Assembly: GCA_010093705.1 (NCBI GenBank)
Contig: MU006092.1
Span: 1,516,111-1,580,110, forward strand
Origin: Patellaria atrata CBS 101060
Lineage: Eukaryota
Length of the DNA: 64,000 nucleotides
Direction of reading: 5' to 3'
Of the stretch, positions 47,213 to 59,966 are shown piece by piece. Both the position numbers and the translations under genes were made by a program. The notes under the pieces are model-generated. The model was not told the DNA's origin and made no database searches. It worked only from the letters and a program-made list of their open reading frames with translations. Each line of letters begins with the position of its first letter. Position 1 is the first letter of the stretch.

Positions 47213-48668
47213 ACAGTGAACATCAGTGAACAGCACGTCTGCAGCAAACAAGATTCTTGACAGCCAATGAAATCACCTTATCAAAACCCGACGAAACGAG
47301 AGGTAAGGCAATGGACACGCGAGAATATGAGTTTCTATTCTCGAACAAGCCTCAATGCTTGATGTGTTCCGGATTACCAGGATTTGAAGAGCCGCATCTG
47401 GGTAGAGGCCTATACATATCTACAAGGAAGGCCTGGGCGGTTTGCAGAAAGAGAATGCGCGCGGTATTCCGGTCCTTCATTATATCCAATTTCCACGAAC
47501 TTGCTTATGATTCCGGATATTTTGGTCCATTACTGCAAATCCATCTGCCAGCAGTTCATGAGTTCCGCTGTCGTGATACAGTCGGGGGGCGAATGAGTTA
47601 CGGAGAGAACACCTCGATATCAGGAATCTTTTGGCAAAGATAGCATCTCAAACCCGATCGTGAGTACCACAACAGCACTTCATCCTCCCGTTACTCCCCA
47701 TCTTCGTCCCGGTTGCAAGATGAGTCAAAGGCACGAGTGGCTCCTGTCATTCTTCCAGACCTGTCCGCATGGTCAATTCAACGCGTCGGAGTAGGAAAAC
47801 CGGGATATACAATCATGCAGGACATGTTCTACTGGCACTTTGCGACAGTCAAGAGTGAGTAGGGCGGCTCGAGAGGTCAGAGATTATCGAGGTCGTTGAA
47901 GTCGTGTTTCGCTTGGCGGGCGTTTCGAGAACACTCACTCTTCTTTCGATGATTGGACCGCGCAGCGCTCTTCAAAACTGCAACCCAAACGCCGACCATC
48001 TTTAGAAATTTCAATCTCGCTAATAACTTCGAAATATCAAAATACGGATTCCTGAGATGTAGTGGAAATGGAATGGTAATCATCAAATATGGATTCTTCC
48101 TTTTTTTTTAGCCTCTGCGCTTAGAACTACCTCGACAGGTGTTTATAAGATGACGTGTTGCTCGAAACAATGTTGAGTACCTTTGTCCTGTACGCTGTAC
48201 ATACCGATGCCACTGTAGTGGCTTATCGGGTAGGTATGATTACTATCCGATACTGACTAATTGATATCGAGATCATTTTTGTGCGCAAAAGACGCACTGA
48301 GGAGGATATGCTTTTAAAGCCGTAATTATACAGTACTAAGAATCATATTGTACATACATCCTCGGGTCCGAGTTATTCGTACAATTTTCACTCCTACACA
48401 TAGGAAGGTCCAGTTCGTACAACGTCTCCTAACTGTACGTGGAACACAAGAGACGGAGAATACAGATCTCATATACAGCACCGTTCGCGAAATGCGTAGA
48501 TCTATCTCTTCACATTATCGTCCTTTCAACTGAATATAAATACTGTCAGCATTGCGAAGGGGAGGAAAGCAAGGTTTAGGACTTACCGATTCTCAACCAC
48601 AATAATACAATGGTGGGATTTTAAATCCATACCTTCCAATATTCCTTCTCTTCTCAATCTCTAGGGCC

Positions 48669-49910
48669 TCATTCCCCTGACGAGATCTTTTTGAGTTTCT
48701 CCTTCAATACCTGACCCTCCAAGATCTCATTGACCTTCTCCCTCAAGGCCTCATCCCAGATCGGATACCCGTTCTTGTCCAGATCCGCTCCATCAAAATG
48801 TCTCTTCTTCAAACAGCTCGGCTGCTCAATCCATAATATCCTTTCTCCCCCCACCTTCTCATTCACCTTCTCCACCACTTCCTTCAAGTATGCGTTCGCG
48901 CCCTTCAACGCCGTCTCCTGGACATCTGGACGCTGGAACATCGCGACCGCGAGCACCTGGCTGTCCTCTATCAGCAACAGCAGCCTGAGCAGAAGCTCGT
49001 ATGCCCGGAGAACCTCCTGACTAAATGGGAGCATCCGTCCCACTCGTAAATCCTGAGCACCCACCTGTACCACCCACACCTTTATCGGGGTTGGAAGTTG
49101 CATCAGTAGGTCTAGTAACCCCTGTTGCAGTCTGTACAGCGTATGTTGCACCTTCTCGTTGCGTACGCCCGCGTCGAAGTTGCGCGCATCGTTCAGTAGG
49201 CTCCTTGGCGTACTGGGATACCTCGGGGCGGAGAAGGGGGCGGGACTGAGGAGGATGCTCTCGAGGTTCATTGGCGGGTTGGTACATGTCGTTTTCTGGG
49301 GTGCGAGAATGGAGGAGCAGAGGAATACGGTATCAAGCCTAGGCGATGAAGATGCCGAGTTGAGAGCTAGGTAGTGAATTCGTAGCGCCGGGACATGAGC
49401 GTTGAAGTGGATTTGGTGGGAGTGGAGTTTGTATATTGCGAGGCTATCAAGTTCTGTGAGCAAGAGTTGAGGTATACTTGGGCGAACGTTGCCTTGTATG
49501 GAGGGGGGGAGGAGTGATGAAATCTTTTCATTAGAAGTATTTTGTAGTTCTTCTGGATGGTCTATTATCCCAGTACGATCCTCTCTTTTTTTATGATCTG
49601 CTCCTTCGCAATCAGCTTCTTCTTTGCGGTCTGCTCCTTCTTCGCAGTTAACTCCCTCGTTACAATCTACCCCTTCTTTACAGTCTCCTCCTTCTTTATA
49701 GTATGCTTCTTCTTGACAGTCTACTCCCTTTCCAGAGTCTGGTCTGTCCATATACTCTACTCTCTTCGTACACTTCCTCAGTTCCGTACACCCTCTCCTA
49801 GTAATACTCTTTGGTGCGGGAAACTCTGAGGAGGTGAGAGAGGAAACAGTACTCCAGTTGTTCCTATTCTCTAACCGTTTGTTCTCACCTATTATCTCGG
49901 TATTCACCAT
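48669..49910 (-). CDS. Hypothetical protein: N-terminal 6-aa repeats plus a degenerate SGNH-hydrolase-like domain
   Basis: First ATG at 49910. Blocks VFLCSSIL, FDAGVRNEKVQHTLYRL, VVQVGAQDL and FDGADLDKNGY correspond to SGNH blocks I, II, III and V with altered catalytic positions. Confidence 0.65.
   Translation of the reverse strand: MVNTEIIGENKRLENRNNWSTVSSLTSSEFPAPKSITRRGCTELRKCTKRVEYMDRPDSGKGVDCQEEAYYKEGGDCKEGVDCNEGVNCEEGADRKEEADCEGADHKKREDRTGIIDHPEELQNTSNEKISSLLPPSIQGNVRPSIPQLLLTELDSLAIYKLHSHQIHFNAHVPALRIHYLALNSASSSPRLDTVFLCSSILAPQKTTCTNPPMNLESILLSPAPFSAPRYPSTPRSLLNDARNFDAGVRNEKVQHTLYRLQQGLLDLLMQLPTPIKVWVVQVGAQDLRVGRMLPFSQEVLRAYELLLRLLLLIEDSQVLAVAMFQRPDVQETALKGANAYLKEVVEKVNEKVGGERILWIEQPSCLKKRHFDGADLDKNGYPIWDEALREKVNEILEGQVLKEKLKKISSGE
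49588..49732 (-). repeat. Coding 18-bp minisatellite (about 8 units of xEGxDC)
   Basis: Translation reads KGVDCQ EEAYYK EGGDCK EGVDCN EGVNCE EGADRK EEADC- EGADHK. Confidence 0.8.
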
Positions 49911-50608
49911 TGTACGGTATTCAAATGTTCTTTCTTTGAGTTCGAAATATTGGTGTATCAATGTAACTATATTGATTCGGTTAAATACAAATGGCTCACC
50001 TCAGTATTTATAGCAAAGGAATCCATCGCACCAGAGTTTGTATCCACTTATACTTCAACAAGTTTTATTGAGTGCGATGACAAGTGACATCGAGCGGTAT
50101 CGAGTAACCCCTGTTACTGTACCATGGGATGATATCGAAATTTCCCCAACCTCAACAATGAGCAGTCCTATCTGTCAAAAAGTATGTCCCACCATATTCA
50201 CCATGCTTTAATTTTTCCTAAAGTCTAATAGTTGATGGAGATGTTCTTGTGGTAATATTGCTTTGGTAGCATAAATGTTACCGGGCCGTGGAAGTACCAG
50301 ATATCGGCCCGAAATCTGGATACGAGCGGAAGTCTTAAAGAATGAATGTACAATGGAATAGGATACTACGGCGGCGGAAATGGATAGAAAAATCACTACT
50401 AACTCACCCTGTGCACAATAAAGTAACCGGAAGAACAGAAGATTGAACATGAAATTATCTTTCGATCCATGGATATATCAAACTACAGTGAAAAAGAGTC
50501 AAGATACCTATCTGGTAGCCCCGAAGCGCATCATCCCAGCGCCTATACATGATACCCTTATACGCCTGGAGCCACTAACGCCATCAAATCACCTAACTAC
50601 GAAACGGT

Positions 50609-52929
50609 CTAAGCTACCGGGTTCCTATCATCCGCTAACTCCCCCTCGACCTCCGCCGCCAAATTCTCTGCCTCCCGTTCCCGCATCCCCTCCTCCTTGA
50701 CCCTCGCCTCCTCTGGAACCTGGTCAACGTCCATAGCGGATGTATCAGCCGCCCCATTCCCACCGGAATGAATTGGCTCTCCTCCCGCTAGAGGGCCGGG
50801 GACGGGAGATTCGGGAGGGGTGATGGTGGCCTTGGTCTCTCCGGCCACTGTGGAGGAGGAGGAATTGAGGGTTGGGGAGGAGGGAGCGGGAGCAGCGGTG
50901 GTACCACTGGGTGCAGCGAGGGATTCCTGCAATGTACCAGCAGATTGGTCTGGTACGGCATCTGTGGTGGATGCGTCTAGCTTTACGTCCGTTGTATCCG
51001 CCATCTCGACGTCATCGTCTTGATCCTGTACCGTTGCAGCTGGTGGCGCAGATGGGGGTACAGAAGACTTGTGGGATTTGCTGCTTTCATTGTCGGCAAT
51101 AAGGAGATTCGGATTGGTATTACCGTTCGCCTTTCGGCTGCTGGCTTTAGATTTCGAGGTGCTGGACTCAGCATCGGCTTTGGCGGCAAGGATTTCGGCG
51201 GCTACAGCGGCATTTGCAGCGGTGACATCGCCATTTGTGGATCCTGGGACACCTTCCGCGGGAGTTTGAATGCCCGACTCATCTTCAGGAGCGTAGGGAT
51301 TGCGGTGGTCCATGATATTCCTCCTCCTTCTACCACCAGGTTGGCGTCTCACGCCATTCCTCTCATTTTCATCTTCATCCTCACTCTCGCTGAAATCGCG
51401 ATCATCTTTGGTGTATTTGTCCCATCTCCGCTGGGTATATCTTGTGTCCTTGTTCTCGTCTTCGTCGAGGTCGTCCATAATGTTGTCCATATCATCATCG
51501 CCTGTTGCGTTTAGGGACGAGCGGGGTACGTCTTGGACTTGCACGGAGGGGGCGAAGGCGGTGCGCTTGAGGTTTTCGATCACTTGATTTTTGATCTTGG
51601 TGAGGTATTCCGTGCTATTGGCATTGTCCATGTTGGAGGGGCGCACGTCGAGTTCATAATCGGGTCCGAAATACTGAGAATGCTTAGCAGTGTACCCAAA
51701 GGGTGAAAGTCGGAACTGGACATACCTCATAATATTCGTTGAACGGTAATTGAGGGCCCAGTTCTTGTCCGACGAGTAGTCCAGTCTCATAAGCCCACGT
51801 TCTTGCGACGTTGCGCATGGTGTAACCTCCACCTCCAAGCACTAGGACCGGCATGTTGAAGCTCTTGACGAACTTGACGCAGTTTGCGTGTCCCTTCATA
51901 CTCAAGTTGAAACATCCTAATCGATCTCCCGATAAGCTGTCACCTCCGCACTGTAGGACTATCGCTTCTGGGCGGTACCATTCCATTACTGCTTTGATGA
52001 CCGGCTCGAAAACGTTCTTATAGGTAACATCGGTGATGCCGTCGCGGAGGGGGAAGTTGACCGAGTAGTATTTACCATTGCCGACACCGATATCGCGAAG
52101 TTCACCAGTACCGGGAAAGTATTCGCCATACTTGTGGAAAGACACGGTCATGACGCGATCCGTGGTATAGAAAGCTTCCTCGACACCATCGCCGTGATGG
52201 ACATCGATATCGATATAGAGGACGCGCTGCTTAAAGCGCAGGAGTTCGATGATACCCAAAACAATATCTTGAAAGAGGTCAGCAGGGCCATTGTACAGCC
52301 GATAGCGAAAGTCATACCATTAACATAGCAGAAGCCACTTGCTTCACTCTTTTTCGCATGATGAAGACCTCCCGCCCAGTTGACGGCGACGTCACACTTT
52401 CCTCGATTTAAACGAGCGGCACCTTCCATACTACCACCGGCGCTTATACCACAGAATTCGAATAGACCGTCAAAGACGGGGCAGTCATCTCCCACATTAT
52501 ATTTGTTCTGCTCCTTGGCGTAGGAGTCCATATTGTCTGGTGTGACCCTCTGAAGGAACTCGACATATTCGTCTGTATGAAATTGAGTCATTTCAAACTT
52601 CGACGCAGGTTTTGCGCGCTATTCCTCAGTCAGACGAAGTGATTCAAAATTGCAGTGCGATCTGGAGCCATATGCGACGATTCAGACATTCCGCCAGTAT
52701 CGTCGCATTCGAGGGAGGGGCAATAGGGTGAACTTACATAGATTTCCATTTTCTTATATAGACCATAGTTCATGATAAGGCTGTGCGCCATTCGAATCCT
52801 GTGCGGTTTCATAGGGTGGCCAGCGACATAGGCATAATTGCCCACATCAGAATCGTAAAAGTACGCAACTTTCTTCGGCTGCGAACCATTCGTAACATTC
52901 AAGTCTAAAGGGGGGCCTACACCGGCCAT
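50609..52929 (-). CDS. RPD3: Class I histone deacetylase Rpd3/RpdA, 4 exons
   Basis: [45 protein letters not shown] and [12 protein letters not shown] motifs, followed by a fungal acidic C-terminal extension. Confidence 0.98.
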
Positions 52930-53407
52930 GATTGAAGGTTTGATGTGAGTTTGTGAATATGAAGCTATGAAAATAATAAACAAGCGTGAAAGATCTCGGG
53001 GAAGGTGCGAGAGAAGAAATTGGTGAAGGAAGGAGTATGAATGTGGAAGGTATGATGGAGGAATAAGCTTTGAACTTCAATGGCTGGGGGTTTTGCGGTG
53101 GAAGGTCTTCTCGTCTGCCGTAGGATGAGATTCTGCCCGGCAGAGAGCAATTCACCGCCTGAAATTGCTTGGCTCTCTCATCTCAGGCACAACCTTACCT
53201 GTAACCCGATAGCTCAACGCAAGCTCCTACAATAGACAATAGCTAAAAGGAAGACACCTAACTCTCAACAATAACATCTCCTCCATCGACGCGCCATATC
53301 CTCCGAAGATCTGTTTCGTCCATCGGAAGCTCCGTAGGCCTACGCTATCATCTTTACCCTCATTTCCGAACCGTCCCAGCTGTCGCCGCCTCACATAACA
53401 TACTGCA

Positions 53408-54547
53408 ATGGATCGATTGAGCCGCATGATACAGGCCGCCCAAAGTATGGGTGGCGGAGGAGGCCCCGCACAGGATACACACCTTATAGATAATTCCGAA
53501 ACCGTCTACATCTCCTCCTTAGCACTACTTAAAATGTTACGGCACGGACGCGCTGGTGTACCGATGGAGGTTATGGGTTTGATGTTAGGCGAGTTTGTCG
53601 ATGACTACACAGTGCGAGTGGTAGATGTGTTTGCCATGCCGCAAAGTGGTACGGGTGTCAGTGTTGAGGCTGTCGATCCGGTGTTCCAGACAAAGATGAT
53701 GGATATGTTGCGGCAAACAGGACGGTAAGGCCTCTGAAGCTTCATCTGGAGGTGAATAGTGCTGATATATGTCTCCATGTAGGCCAGAGACAGTAGTAGG
53801 CTGGTACCACTCCCATCCAGGTTTCGGTTGCTGGCTATCCTCTGTAGATATCAACACACAGCAATCCTTCGAACAGCTAACCCCACGTGCCGTCGCTGTT
53901 GTCGTCGACCCTATACAGTCCGTTAAGGGAAAGGTCGTCATAGATGCTTTCCGTCTCATAAACCCGCAAACGCTTATGATGGGCCATGAACCGCGCCAAA
54001 CAACCTCCAATCTCGGTCATCTCAACAAACCCTCCATTCAAGCACTCATCCATGGGCTGAATCGCCATTACTACTCCATTGGTATCAACTACAGAAAGAC
54101 TGGACTGGAAGAAAATATGCTGATGAATCTGCACAAGCATGTCTGGACGGAAGCACTGCAGATGGATGACTTCCGGGACGAGGGTCAAAGTAATAAGGAG
54201 CGGCTATCGAAACTGGTAGGGCTGGCGGAGGGTTATGAGAAGAGGGTGAAGGAAGAGACGGAGTTGACGAAAGAGCAACTAAAGACAAGATACGTGGGCA
54301 AGGTGGACCCGAAGAAACGTACATACACCATTCCTTTTTGCTCCGTTCCAATATGTTGAGTTTTCAGAGGATTTATGCTAACTTATCCTCTCTAGATCTC
54401 GAGGATGTAGGTCAACATCTCATTGAAGACAACATCGTTTCCGTATCGCGGCAAATGATCGACAAGGAAGCCTCAGTCCCTAAACCAAAGGGACCAAGCA
54501 ATGGAGCAGCAAATGGGGACGTGGAGATGGATGAAGATGACGAGTAG
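53408..54547 (+). CDS. RPN11: 26S proteasome lid deubiquitinase Rpn11, 3 exons
   Basis: [19 protein letters not shown] and the JAMM motif [17 protein letters not shown]. Confidence 0.98.
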
Positions 54548-55873
54548 ATTCTAGCGAAAAGTATCAAATAGTAGTACAACGATACTGACAGCACGAAAAG
54601 AATAATAATAAGAACTGATCAACCAATATCCCCATAATTGTCTCACGGGTAGAGCTCTATTAACTTTAGACCAACCCTAGGATTCTCACAATTGCTATCA
54701 GTGTTAGTTAGCTATCTTCAAGTCAATGAGTCTGAAGCTTTGTGTTCAAAATTGAGCATTTTAAGAACTTATTGTTTCTGCTATCCAGTTCTCAGCTCAG
54801 AACTGCTTGCAGTTACGTTTCGTTTTCTGTCACATCTTTCCATCTTCTTAACTTGTTTACTTTGTAGAGTTCTTTCGATGTCTTGCTTTACCTGTTTTCC
54901 CATCTTGGAACCCCTAGTTAAGCTTTCGGTTATCCTAGGACTGCTTTCCACCACGGTTACGTTATGGTTCGACTCCATAATCTGGCTAGCCTGTAGGAAA
55001 CCCCTTGATCGTAGGAAATCACCGTACCTTAACGAAACTAGTATGCTTCACAAAATCACTGGTACAAGATAAACTACTTGACTATACCAAGTTTGACAGT
55101 TCCCCTCCCAGAAAAAACTTAGTGAGTCAAAAAAGAAAAACAGCAATAACTTGTCGGGCAAGAAACCAACACGCCCTTTGGCATCGGGAAATCTCACCGT
55201 TGCTTCTTAACCTAACGTTGATTGGACACCCGATACATGATCGAACTGAGAGCTTACCGCTCAGCTTCCTAGGTTCGTGGGCCGTATTTGCTGTGATCGG
55301 TTGGCAGGCCTGGAAGAGAGATGGGGTTGGATTTAACAAAATCAATGGAGTATTACAGAAATAGTCCACCGTACGGAATTACTCGACTGTACAGAATCAT
55401 TGAGCTGTAAAACTCTAGACCGAAAATATGTAAGGATTCCACGGACACAGCGAATGCGTTTCTTTCCCATAACAACACTGCCCCTATTGTAAGCTTGGTT
55501 CTTAAAACAGTGTTCGACCTCGTTGTGCCTACTGATTGGATCGTATGCGGGAGTCTCAGCTGTATGAACGGTTAAAATAGATTGTTACAAAGATTTCATA
55601 TAGGGTGAGAATCCTCTTCCTTTCAGACATCATCTCATGCGTCAGAAAATGTTCAGAGGACATGACCGACCGTTCGAATAACGCACAACACTCTCAAGCA
55701 GAATATATGCGCAGATAACGCTAATGAGCGTAATGTGTAAGGTTAAGATCTCTGTATTAAGTTTCATATCTACATTCAGCTTAAGGAGAGACTTGAAGCT
55801 AAGTTATTACCTTATCAGACGTCCATCCTAGCATTGAGTAATCCGATCTCATGCCTTTGAGCCTTGCATCTGC

Positions 55874-57035
55874 TTAAGTGCAGTGCACGACACCGTCGGA
55901 ATGAGTGTGGCACTCCTATCACCCGTTAGTAATTATTTCTAAATCCTAGTCTGGAGATTTATGACTTACAGCAGGTGCAGCACTTGTCATAGACGGGGCA
56001 TCAGGGACGGTGGACGTCGCAGCATGCCCATGGTCATGATCACCCTCAGTTGGCTCTGGGGCCTCGCCCACACAACCCACACCCGGAACCGCGATATCAA
56101 ACGCATAAGCCTCGAGGGCAAAATACTGTAAAGTATCACTGTTCCTAACGGCTTCCTCGGGGTTCGTCTTTGCTAGCTCAAGGACCTCGAGGTACTCTCC
56201 GGCATAGTGCTCGACGATTTCTTCGCCGATCTGCGGGACGTGGTAGACACGGTGCAAGAGATCGGAGGCGAAGTAGAAATTTGTTTCGTAGCCGGCGATG
56301 GTATAGCCCAGAGCGCAGAGGGATTCGAGTGAATGGCGGGTGCTGTAGGAGAGAGGGCAGATCACAGTTTCGGAGGTTGCGTTGGAGCCTCGCCAGTGTC
56401 CCCCCCAGCCTAATGGATTGTCAATTAGATTTGAAATTGGGTATGGATTCAAAATATTCACTGTGAAAATGGGGAGGATGGGATGGAACTCGAGGGGAGA
56501 GGCCACAAAGAGCAGAGCAGGTGATAGGAGATGACATGAAGGGAAAGTAAAAGGACAGAAGGGATAATACCTTCAAGGGCGCAGTTTCCATCGGGATTGT
56601 CGCAGCGGAACAACATGTCACCGCGATCACCACGAACGACCTTCTCGAACCATCCGATCGGCTCCGCAGTAGCAGCGCTTCCGAAATACTTGGTGTAGAT
56701 CTCGGAGCTATTGCCGAAGCGGAGGATGTGATCTCTGGCGTGTTCGGCCAACTTGATCATCTCACTGATACCTCTCTTGAGCATATGACTATGTAAGGTT
56801 ATAAGATATGCCTAAGTGTGTAACAATGCTTCAGAGGAACTTACACCTCGGTGGAATTGCAAGATTCGTGAATGGGATAATCGACGACAGCTCCAGTATC
56901 CCAGGCTGGTGTCTCGGCAGGTCCGCTAACAGTCTCAGTTACGGTAACAACATGGCGCTGGATCAGAGGACGAGGAGATGCCAGAGCAAAAGAGGCGCTG
57001 GCAAGCAGCAGAGACAGATTCTTGAAGTTGGTCAT
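55874..57035 (-). CDS. aspf2: Secreted zincophore Aspf2/Pra1, 5 exons
   Basis: Signal peptide, YPIHESCN, FRCDNPDGNC, WGGHWRG, HRVYH (HRxxH), DTLQYFALEAYA and a final mini-exon ECHTHSDGVVHCT*. Confidence 0.95.
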
Positions 57036-57246
57036 GATGAAACTGAAGGAGACAGTTGACTGACGCTCAAGGAAGTCAAGTTGAACAAGTGGTGCGAGAT
57101 GAAGAGAGCTCCCTTACCGGGTTAATGGGCCCTTTTGTAGCTGCAGCTACCCTGTCAGAAACGAGGGCAATGATACCATTCACGTCATACTTTTGATCGA
57201 CTCATAGATGCTACTATTTGTTTCTCGCTTTTTCAGCATGATGGCG

Positions 57247-57983
57247 AGGTACCTTGATGGAGAATATCGCCGCTGAGCTGATGGCGTGGGGATTAACTGA
57301 GTCCTTTGAACTCGCCGTAGGTACGTCCGGAGATGTTGTTACCTTCCTGTATCGGTATCATCAGGAAGAGAGGGCCTGAAAAATCTACATCCGTCGAGAA
57401 TCTTTCGGTAAACTCTAGTAGTCTACTCAATAGTTGGAGTAGCCAAGAACAATAGTTCTAGATTGGGATGTTTAGCTTTAAAGGAAGTCACTTTTAGAGA
57501 ATAGATGGCTTCCCTCTATAAAATGCTCTTACGTAGTAAGAACACTGATGGTGAGCTATGAAGTCTTTTGACATAATGTAGACATAAGAGAGAGGTCCAT
57601 AACATGTTGTTGCGTGGATATAGTTCGGCAGCTGGTCTCCTTGGCCCTTCCCAGAGCCAAGGCAGTGGAGTTGGCGGCCAAGGGAATTCCATCAAGGTCC
57701 TCATTTGGACGATATTGAGGACACAAATTCTCTCGAAACTCGTGGCAGATCCGTCGCCTTTTCCGCCTATTCCCGTGGGGTTTTGTACTTGTCGTCCAAA
57801 GGCCAAATGAGCATGCAGACAAAGCGATTCCTAGGTCTTGGCGTCGGTCCAGCATTTCCCTTTCCGCTGTTGGTAGTGAGGATGTTTAAAAACTTAAGTT
57901 GCTTAACATGGGCGGGCTTACCGATACCAAGCCTTCTTTTGGGGACGGGGCCTCCTTTTTCTGCACTGGTCATCAAGGTACCG
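57247..57983. promoter_or_regulatory. Bidirectional promoter with 3 ZafA-type zinc-response motifs and 5 PacC GCCAAG sites
   Basis: TCCATCAAGGTACCT (57247-57261, minus strand), TCCATCAAGGTCCTC (57688-57702) and GTCATCAAGGTACCG (57969-57983). GCCAAG/CTTGGC at 57442, 57640, 57656, 57677 and 57837. Confidence 0.8.
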
Positions 57984-58138
57984 TGCATGACAAATGAGAC
58001 TTGATCGTTGGTTGCTACTGCCGGTCATATATGAGATTTGCAGCGCCATGCATCCAGCCGCCTTATACAGTTCCTACGACATACCTCGCTGACCGCTAAC
58101 CTCTTTTTTTCCGATTCCAAGTCCAGGATATGTCCAAA

Positions 58139-59966
58139 ATGAGCTCCCTTGGGCGAAACCTTATCAAGTCGTGTGCTCTCCTTTGCTGCGTAACTGTAGT
58201 TGCTGCACAACAGACGCTCACTCTCTCAAATTGTGTACAGAGTGGATCAATAGAGTAAGTTATAAGTTGTTCGTGTGCTTCTACAACATTGATATTAACG
58301 GCTTGAAGGCTATGTCAGGGACCGGGAGGAACAACGTACCCTTTCACGAGGTCCGTAGCACCTACTACCACTACTGTGGAACCGGTGTCGATAACGGAGG
58401 GTTCTCCTCCATCATCTTCAATAACGGCTGTCTCTGGTTGCCATATGCATGAAACACAACAGTCAGTGATAATCTGATCCAAATATCCATACCACGTGAA
58501 ATCTAATCCGAATAGATTTTGCATAGCAGGAACCGCTGAATATGAGATCATAGGGGCTCCGACGGGGACCGAAGAACTGCCTGCAAGATACACTGGTTGT
58601 CATTCCCATGGGGAAGAAATGTGAGTTTAATCTACGTGTAACTATGCTAGAAAATCACTGAGCATCTTTAGATTCTGCATAGCACCAGACGGCAGTGAAG
58701 TCGAGATTGCACCGGAGGGCGCTCATGAAGAAGGACCGGACTGTCATTTCCACGCTGGAGTCGAGTAAGCAGGCTGCGAGTGATATCCCAGATCCATAAA
58801 TTAACCCAAGAACAGACATTGCATTGGCGGATCGGAAGAAGTTACCTGTGAAAGGGTAGATCGTGACTATAACGTACCGCTCCGGATCGGATTGCTCTTC
58901 GTCATCTTGGTAACGAGTGCAATTGGTAAGGGTGTGATATCGTCCTTCAAAGTGTCCCGCTTTCTAATGGTCTTTCAGGAGTCTTTTCCCCCATACTCGT
59001 AACATCGTTTACCAAGATTCATACCACGAGCATTATCTTTGTGGGGTTGAAGCAATTTGGCGCTGGAGTTATCATCTCTACTGCCTTCGTTCATGTAAAT
59101 CTTATTCTAGTGATTGTCAACGAACCATCTAACCAGTAGCAGCTCTTTACTCACGCATCTCTAATGTTTGGAAATGAATGTCTCGGAGAGCTTAAATACG
59201 AAGCAACCACTGCGGCAATTGTCATGGCTGGAATCTTTATCTCATTCCTAGTTGAATACATAGGAACTAGATTTGTTCTATGGAGGCGAAGCAAACGTGC
59301 TCACTCCCCTGCACCCGGCGAGAACGTCGAGTATGAACGTAATGGCGATGGGAAGACCGTGCAGGATGGTGCGCAAATAGGACCAGTGGCACTTAGTCAC
59401 CACGGTCATAGCACGCCTCCAGGTTCAACTACTGAGAAGCTGAACGTTCTAGTCCTGGAAGCAGGGATCATTTTCCATTCCTTATGTAAGTGTCTAGGAT
59501 AAGACTGTGTCCGGTGAAAACTAGCTGACATTAGATAGTGATTGGTCTTACGCTAGTCGTTGCCGGCGACTCTTTTTTCCTGACGCTTTTCGCAGTCATA
59601 GTCTTCCATCAAATGTTCGAAGGTGTCGCACTCGGAACCTGCATTGCTGCTCTACCCAGCTCTGTCTCTTGGTCACATAAGTTGCTCATGGCAACTGCCT
59701 TCATGCTGGTGACCCCTGTTGGCATGGCCATTGGAATTGGAGTCTTGAACCAGTTCAACGGGAGTGACCCGTCGACGATAATTGCTATTGGAACTTTGGA
59801 TGCTTTCAGTGCTGGGATTCTCGTATGGGTCGGTGTAGTGGAGATGTTAGCATCGGACTGGATGCATGGTGTGCTGCTCCAAGCACCGGTGGGGAAGACT
59901 GTTGTTGCTCTGTTGTGTTTGATAGCAGGTATGGCCTTGATGAGCTTACTTGGGAAGTGGGCATGA
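58139..59966 (+). CDS. zrfC: ZIP-family zinc transporter of ZrfC type with extracellular CHxH repeats, multi-exon
   Basis: ATG at 58139 with a signal peptide. Small exons encode GCHMH, GCHSH and CHFHAGVEHC, then DYNVPLRIG, KQFGAGVIISTAFVH, LEAGIIFHS and FHQMFEG, ending LGKWA. Confidence 0.93.

Noticed and set aside
54692..55100. Stop-riddled minus-strand frame, possibly a RIP relic
   Set aside because: No transposon motif or second copy in the window.
39449..59966. Ferric reductase plus zinc locus as one metal-uptake cluster
   Set aside because: They are separated by about 14 kb of unrelated genes, including housekeeping genes.
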